A stretch of 64,000 bases of DNA, taken from Candidatus Marinacidobacterium sp. (GTDB taxonomy: Bacteria; Acidobacteriota; Vicinamibacteria; Marinacidobacterales; Marinacidobacteraceae). Position numbers and translations under genes: made by a program. The notes under the pieces are model-generated. The model saw only the letters and a program-made list of their open reading frames with translations, was not told where the DNA came from and did no database searches. Below, one piece after another: positions 58,817 through 64,000 of the stretch. Positions within the stretch are counted from its first letter, which is position 1. The number at the start of each line of letters is the position of its first letter. The stretch is taken from positions 1,312,001 through 1,376,000 of the forward strand of contig OZ244852.1 of NCBI GenBank assembly GCA_965220965.1. Reading direction: 5' to 3'.

Positions 58817-60517
58817 ATGGTGTTCCCGACCCGCGCCGCGCTCCGCCGCGCCCGAACCCCCGCCCTCCTCGGGCTCGCGACCCTCGCCGTCCTGTCCCGC
58901 TGCGCCGAACCGGCGCCCCCCGCGGACCCGGCGCCGCCCAACTTCCTCGTCATCATGGCCGACGACCTCGGATACACCGACCTGGGAGCGTTCGGCGGCG
59001 AGATCCGCACGCCGAACCTGGATGCGCTGGCGGGACGCGGACTGCGGTTCACCAGCTTCTACACCGCCGCCACCTGTTCCCCGACGCGGGCGATGCTGCT
59101 GTCCGGAGTGGATCACCATCTCGCCGGACTCGGCGGGATGGCGAGCCTGATGGGCGAGGACCTGAGGGGACGGGTGGGCTACGAGGGCTTCCTGAACGAG
59201 CACGTCTTCCACCTGCCCCAGGTTCTCCGCGACGCCGGCTACTTCACCGCGATCGCCGGGAAGTGGCACCTCGGAGACGCCCCGGAGCACAGCCCGCCGG
59301 AGCGGGGCTTCGACCGGTCCTTCGTCCTGCTCAGCGGGGCGGCGAGCCACTTCGAGGACGCCGCCCCGGTGGACACCCTCGACGAGATCGTCTACCGGCG
59401 CGACGGGGAGGTCGCGGGACCGCTGCCCGAAGGGTTCTACTCGACGCGGTTCCACACCGACGAACTCATTTCGTACATCGACGAAGCCGCCGGTCGCGGC
59501 CAGCCCTTCTTCGCGGTGGCGACCTACACCGCGCCCCACTGGCCGCTCCAGGTTCCCGACGAGTTCCTGGACCTCTACGACGGGGTCTACGACGATGGCT
59601 GGGAAGCCCTCGCCCGACGACGGGTCGCGGGGGCGAAGCGGACGGGGATCCTTGGCGCCGACGTCGAGGTTCCTCCCCTGCCCGACTACGCCCGCCGCTG
59701 GGACGACCTGGGTCCCGACGAGCAGCGCGTCGAAGCGCGCAAGATGGAGCTCTACGCGGCGATGGTGGAGCGGCTGGACCACCACGTCGGACGGCTGGTG
59801 GCCCACCTGGAGGCGACGGGGCGGCTCGGGGACACGATCATCCTGTTCTTTTCGGACAACGGCGCGGCGGGAGAGAACGTCTTCGGGCTGGCCGACAACG
59901 AGACCTTCCTGCGGGAGCGGTTCGACCTATCGGAAGAAGCGATGGGCCGCATGGGTTCGTTCGTCTGGTACGGCCCGGAATGGGCGCACGCCGGGACCGC
60001 GCCGTACCGCTACTTCAAGCAGTTCGTCCACGAAGGCGGCATCCGGGTCCCGGGCTTCGCCGTGGTCCCGGAGCGCTGGGCGCCGGCGGCGGCCGGAGCG
60101 GTCAGCGGCGAGTTCGTCCGGGTCACGGACATCTTTCCCACCGTGCTCGACTTCGCCGGCATCGAGGTCCCCTCGGCGCCCGACCGGATCGGCCCGACCG
60201 GACGGTCGCTCGCCCCTCTGCTCACCGGAGCTCCAACCGGGCCCGCCGTCGAGCCGGAGGAAGGCTGGGAGATCTTCGGCCGTCGGGCGTTCCGGCGGGG
60301 CCCGTGGAAGGCGGTCTGGCTCGCGCCTCCGCTGGGAGACGCGGCGTGGGCGCTCTACAACCTGGAGGAGGATCCGGGAGAGCTGCGTGACCTGGCCGCC
60401 GAGCGGCCGGAGATCCTCGAGGATCTCCTCGAGGGGTGGGACCGCTACGTCGACGAAGCGGGCGTCATCGTGACCGGGGACGACCGCGGCTTCGGCAAGC
60501 CGGTCCGGCTCCGCTAG
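58817..60517 (+). CDS. Arylsulfatase (Cys-type sulfatase), exported
   Basis: PNFLVIMADDLG, CSPTRAMLLSG (CxPxR), GKWHLG, APHWPLQ, SDNG, HEGGIRVP. Confidence 0.93.
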   Translation: MVFPTRAALRRARTPALLGLATLAVLSRCAEPAPPADPAPPNFLVIMADDLGYTDLGAFGGEIRTPNLDALAGRGLRFTSFYTAATCSPTRAMLLSGVDHHLAGLGGMASLMGEDLRGRVGYEGFLNEHVFHLPQVLRDAGYFTAIAGKWHLGDAPEHSPPERGFDRSFVLLSGAASHFEDAAPVDTLDEIVYRRDGEVAGPLPEGFYSTRFHTDELISYIDEAAGRGQPFFAVATYTAPHWPLQVPDEFLDLYDGVYDDGWEALARRRVAGAKRTGILGADVEVPPLPDYARRWDDLGPDEQRVEARKMELYAAMVERLDHHVGRLVAHLEATGRLGDTIILFFSDNGAAGENVFGLADNETFLRERFDLSEEAMGRMGSFVWYGPEWAHAGTAPYRYFKQFVHEGGIRVPGFAVVPERWAPAAAGAVSGEFVRVTDIFPTVLDFAGIEVPSAPDRIGPTGRSLAPLLTGAPTGPAVEPEEGWEIFGRRAFRRGPWKAVWLAPPLGDAAWALYNLEEDPGELRDLAAERPEILEDLLEGWDRYVDEAGVIVTGDDRGFGKPVRLR

Positions 60518-60752
60518 CAGTCCGTTGATAAAGTCGCGTGCAGCGCCGAGAGCGGTGAGGCGCCCGGCCGACAAGGCGCGTGAGCGAGGGCCCCTACCGG
60601 GAGAACCGGCATCGGGATGCCGAATGAAACGCAACGATGAGCGCCCCGAAGGGGCGTGGTTCGGGCGGGGCCAGTTCTCCCGGTGGGGGCCATCGCCGCT
60701 CGAGCCCCTACCGGGAGAACCGGGCCGCGGGACTTTGTCAACGGGCTGCTAG
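60514..60752. mobile_element. MITE copy B (231 bp, 60518-60748) with perfect CTAG target-site duplication
   Basis: CTAG-cagtccgttgataaagtc ... gactttgtcaacgggctg-CTAG. 18-bp TIR with 2 mismatches; inverted relative to copy A. Confidence 0.92.
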
Positions 60753-62231
60753 ATGCCGGCGATGGCGGAGTTCGATCTGGTGGTCCGGGGCGGGACCGTC
60801 GCGACCGCCTCCGGGACGGCCCGCGCCGATGTGGGGATCGCCGCCGGCGTCGTCCGGAGCCTCGGCGAGGGGCTTCCCCCCGGACGCGCGGAGATCGACG
60901 CCCGCGGCAAGCTCGTGCTCCCGGGGGGCGTGGACGCGCACACCCACATCGAGCAGCGCTCGTCGATGGGGGTCATGACCGCCGACGACTTCGAGTCGGC
61001 GACGCTGGCGGCGGCCTGCGGCGGAACGACGACGGTGCTCTCGTTCGCGGCGCAGCAGCGCGGCGAATCGCCCCGCGAGGTGGTGGCCGCCTACCACCGC
61101 GCCGCCGGCCCGAAGGCCGTGATCGACTACGGGTTCCACCTCATCATGTCGGACCCGACGCCCGAGGCCCTCGAGAAGGAGGTCCCGGCGCTGGTGGACG
61201 AGGGCGTGTCTTCGTTCAAGGTCTACATGACCTATGAAGCGGTCCGGGTGAACGACCGGCAGCTCCTCGAGGTGCTGGCGGCGGCGCGCCGGATGGGCGC
61301 GCTCACGATGGTCCACGCCGAGAACCACGGCATGATCGGGTGGATGTCAGGGCGGCTGGTGGAGGCCGGTCACGTGGCGCCGAAGTTCCACGCCGTCGGG
61401 CACGCCAAGCTCGCCGAGAGCGAGGCCACCGGCCGCGCGATCGGGCTCGCCGAACTGGTGGACGCGCCGCTCTATGTGGTTCACGTGTCCTCGAAGGAAG
61501 CGGCCGAAGCCATCGAGGCGGCGCGCTCCCGCGGGCTCAAGGTCTTCGCCGAGACCTGCCCGCAGTACCTGCTGCTGACCGCCGACGACCTCGACCAGCC
61601 GGGGATGGAGGGCGCGATGACCTGCTGCAGCCCCCCGCCGCGGGACCGGGAGAGCCAGGAGGCCATCTGGGCCGGACTCCGCGACGGGGTGTTCGATGTG
61701 CTCAGCTCGGACCACGCCCCCTACACGATGGACGCGCAGGGGAAGCTGGCGGCGGGCCCCGAGCCGCCTTTCCCGAAGATCTGCAACGGCGTGCCAGGCA
61801 TCGAGCTCCGTATGCCGCTGGTGTTTTCCGAGGGCGTCGGGCGCGGCCGGATCGGGCTCGAGCGCTTCGTCGAGGTGTGCTGCGAGACGCCGGCCCGCCT
61901 CTTCGGGATGTGGCCGCGGAAGGGAACGCTGGCGCCGGGGAGCGACGCCGACCTCGCGGTCTGGGACCCGGACCGGGAGATCACGGTGCGGTGGGAGGAC
62001 CTCCACGACCGCACTGGCTACACGCCCTACGCGGGGATGCGACTGAAGGGATGGCCGGAGACCGTCGTGCGCCGCGGCGAGGTCGTGGCGCGGGACCGGA
62101 GCCCCCTGGCCTCCCCGGGCAGCGGCGCCTTCGTCCGGCGCGGGCGGCCCGAATCGGCCGCCCCGCTGGGGCGGCCCTCCTGGTCGGTGCGGCTGGCCCG
62201 CCGCTTCGGTGCGCAGAACTTCCTGGAGTGA
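60753..62231 (+). CDS. hydA: Dihydropyrimidinase / D-hydantoinase
   Basis: LPGGVDAHTH, GGTTTV, SFKVYMTY (carbamylated Lys), VHAEN, VHVS, ETCPQYL, SSDHAP, GSDADL. Alternative start 60762. Confidence 0.93.
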   Translation: MPAMAEFDLVVRGGTVATASGTARADVGIAAGVVRSLGEGLPPGRAEIDARGKLVLPGGVDAHTHIEQRSSMGVMTADDFESATLAAACGGTTTVLSFAAQQRGESPREVVAAYHRAAGPKAVIDYGFHLIMSDPTPEALEKEVPALVDEGVSSFKVYMTYEAVRVNDRQLLEVLAAARRMGALTMVHAENHGMIGWMSGRLVEAGHVAPKFHAVGHAKLAESEATGRAIGLAELVDAPLYVVHVSSKEAAEAIEAARSRGLKVFAETCPQYLLLTADDLDQPGMEGAMTCCSPPPRDRESQEAIWAGLRDGVFDVLSSDHAPYTMDAQGKLAAGPEPPFPKICNGVPGIELRMPLVFSEGVGRGRIGLERFVEVCCETPARLFGMWPRKGTLAPGSDADLAVWDPDREITVRWEDLHDRTGYTPYAGMRLKGWPETVVRRGEVVARDRSPLASPGSGAFVRRGRPESAAPLGRPSWSVRLARRFGAQNFLE

Positions 62232-62240
62232 TCCAGGCCT

Positions 62241-62298
62241 CCCGCCTTCCGTACCGGAGGGCGGGCGTCGGGAGAGAGGCGCGGCGCGCCCCTCTCCC
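62241..62298. terminator. Two GC hairpins between convergent hydA and creatininase genes
   Basis: cccgccttccg-tac-cggagggcggg and gggagagaggcgc...gcgcccctctccc. Confidence 0.5.
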
Positions 62299-62309
62299 TC
62301 AGGCGCGGC

Positions 62310-63140
62310 TCAGTTCGTCGAGCCGGAAGCGAGCGCGGCGCGGATCGCCTTGACCGTGATCTCCGAGCGGTAGCGGAACAGGCGACGCCCCCAGGCGCGC
62401 GTCTCGTCGAAGGGCTCCAGCTCGACGCCGTTGATCGACGTCAGCCCGGCGGCCCGCCGCTCGGAGAGGCGGATCGAGTTCGGATCCACCGCCGCCATCA
62501 TCGAGGTGATCGCGTAGTCGTCGTGGATCCCTTCGGGGGTCTGCTCCACTCCCTGCTCGGCGAGCCAGGTCTGGATGCCCTGGTAGTCGTAGAACTCGGG
62601 AATGAAGTGGACCGCCGGGGCCCCGTTCCATTCCGCCGTCAACTCCTCGGCGACCGCGCGCATGCCGGCCTGGTTTCCACCGCTATCGCCAACCAGGACG
62701 ATGTTGGAGAAGCCGCTGGCCTTCAGGCTCCGGCACACGTCGCGAATCACGGCGCGGAAGGTCTCGTCGCTGAGCCCGACCGTGCCCGGGTAGCGCATGT
62801 GGCCGGTGGGCGGGTCGAAGTCCCCCTCGGGGACGAGCTTCAGGATCGGGGCGACGAGGGCGTTCCCGAGGTCGCGCGCGATCGCCTCCGTCAGCCCCCG
62901 GAGGAGCACGTTGTGCTTGCCGGTCACCAGGTAGGGGCCATTCTGCTCGACGCCGCCGCTGGCCACGATCGCGGTGTGCTTGCCGTCGGCGATCATGTCG
63001 CGGACCTCCATCCAGGTCAGGTCCTCGATGAAGACGCTGTCCCGCATGGGGATGGGTCGGGGCTTGTCGGGGGCCGGGCTCTGGGCCCAGGCGGACGGCG
63101 CCGCGAAGAGCGCGGCGAGAAGAACGGGGGCGAGTCGCAT
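62310..63140 (-). CDS. Creatininase family protein, with signal peptide
   Basis: IEDLTWMEVRD, GGVEQNGPYL, YPGTVGL, GDSGGNQ, GIHDD. Signal peptide ending AWA. Confidence 0.88.
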   Translation of the reverse strand: MRLAPVLLAALFAAPSAWAQSPAPDKPRPIPMRDSVFIEDLTWMEVRDMIADGKHTAIVASGGVEQNGPYLVTGKHNVLLRGLTEAIARDLGNALVAPILKLVPEGDFDPPTGHMRYPGTVGLSDETFRAVIRDVCRSLKASGFSNIVLVGDSGGNQAGMRAVAEELTAEWNGAPAVHFIPEFYDYQGIQTWLAEQGVEQTPEGIHDDYAITSMMAAVDPNSIRLSERRAAGLTSINGVELEPFDETRAWGRRLFRYRSEITVKAIRAALASGSTN

Positions 63141-63180
63141 GGTCGGGAAACTCCTTCGGAAGGCGGCTGGTCGAGGGATC

Positions 63181-63897
63181 TCAGACGCTGAGTCCCGGTT
63201 GTATCACAGTCGTGCGGTAATCCTCGCCCTTCAGGTCGACGCGCCGGCACGCCTCCAGCAGCAGCGAGGCGGACGACTGCGTGATGCGTTCCCCGAGCTC
63301 TCCGGCCCCGGCCGGGTGCGACGGATAGATCGTGGTGGCGAGGAGCTTCGCTCCGCTGTCGACCGCGCGAGTGAGGATGGCGTGAAGACGCTCCCGCGCC
63401 CACGGGGGGGAGACCACGCCGATATCGTCAAAGACCACGATCTCCGCCGATTCGAGCGGCGCCAGGATCTCCCGCTCGGAGATGTCCTCCTTCCAGGCCT
63501 GCTGAAGGCGGAAGAGGAGCTCCGGAACCCGGACGAACCGGGCGGCCGCCGCGATCCGGCGTTCGCGGAGGATCCGGTGCAGCGCCGCCACCATGAGGTG
63601 GGTCTTGCCGACGCCCTTCGGTCCGGTGAGAAGCAGACCCTTCCGGACGTCGGGGTAGTCGTCGGCCCAGATGCGGACGATGTCGCGAGCCTTGATGACG
63701 TCGTCGTTGAGTTCGTCGAAGTCGGAGAACGTCTTTTCGCGACGAAGCCCCTTGGGAACTCCGGCCTGCGCAAGCGTCAGGGGGGACGGCGCCATGCCGG
63801 GGCAGTGGCAGGGCGCGACCGCGCCAGCGCCGTCCGGCGTGACAACCGGACGCCAGCCGGTCCCGCCGCACTTCGGGCAGGGACCGCGCTCCGACAC
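63181..63897 (-). CDS. DnaC/DnaI/IstB-like AAA+ ATPase with N-terminal zinc motif
   Basis: CPKCGGTGW...PCHC, GLLLTGPKGVGKTHL, VVFDDIG, GEDYR. Confidence 0.85.
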   Translation of the reverse strand: MSERGPCPKCGGTGWRPVVTPDGAGAVAPCHCPGMAPSPLTLAQAGVPKGLRREKTFSDFDELNDDVIKARDIVRIWADDYPDVRKGLLLTGPKGVGKTHLMVAALHRILRERRIAAAARFVRVPELLFRLQQAWKEDISEREILAPLESAEIVVFDDIGVVSPPWARERLHAILTRAVDSGAKLLATTIYPSHPAGAGELGERITQSSASLLLEACRRVDLKGEDYRTTVIQPGLSV

Positions 63898-64000
63898 GGC
63901 TATTCGCCCGCAGAACCGTCCGATCCGCGGTTCGCCGAACTTGCCGGAACCAGATCGGCGCGGGGAAGCCGGACCAGCGCGTGGCGCGTCTCGAGGCTCA

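Noticed and set aside
63900-64000. Possible 3' end of a further minus-strand CDS
   Set aside because: There is an open frame ending at TAG 63900-63902, but only about 32 codons are visible and there is no motif, which is too little to call.

Overview
Very GC-rich bacterial chromosomal segment. Gene content and the many exported hydrolases suggest an Acidobacteriota-like diderm; this is inference only. Housekeeping genes: PBP1A, lon with a DnaJ/CbpA-type gene, murJ-xerD-tsaC, a 10-gene Mrp Na+/H+ antiporter operon lacking canonical MrpA, rpsT, ahcY, tpx, carD-like-xseA-xseB-ispA-nadK, and a DnaC-like ATPase. These are interspersed with many secreted or lipoprotein hydrolases. The most unusual parts are: (1) a tandem array of four paralogous head-stalk-anchor membrane protein genes (31655-34261) whose coiled-coil stalks are built from different numbers of 7/15/22-aa modules, separated by a conserved multi-hairpin spacer; (2) a CTAG-targeting MITE present twice, with filled and empty sites both visible in the array; (3) an uncharacterised hydantoin/N-carbamoyl catabolic cluster (D-carbamoylase, AroM, OPT, DUF917, HyuA-like, sulfatase, hydA, creatininase); (4) a tandem double-domain XseB; (5) an HspR HAIR-like operator upstream of lon. 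I saw no rRNA, tRNA, CRISPR array or transposase. All family calls come from motif recognition by eye, not from database searches.
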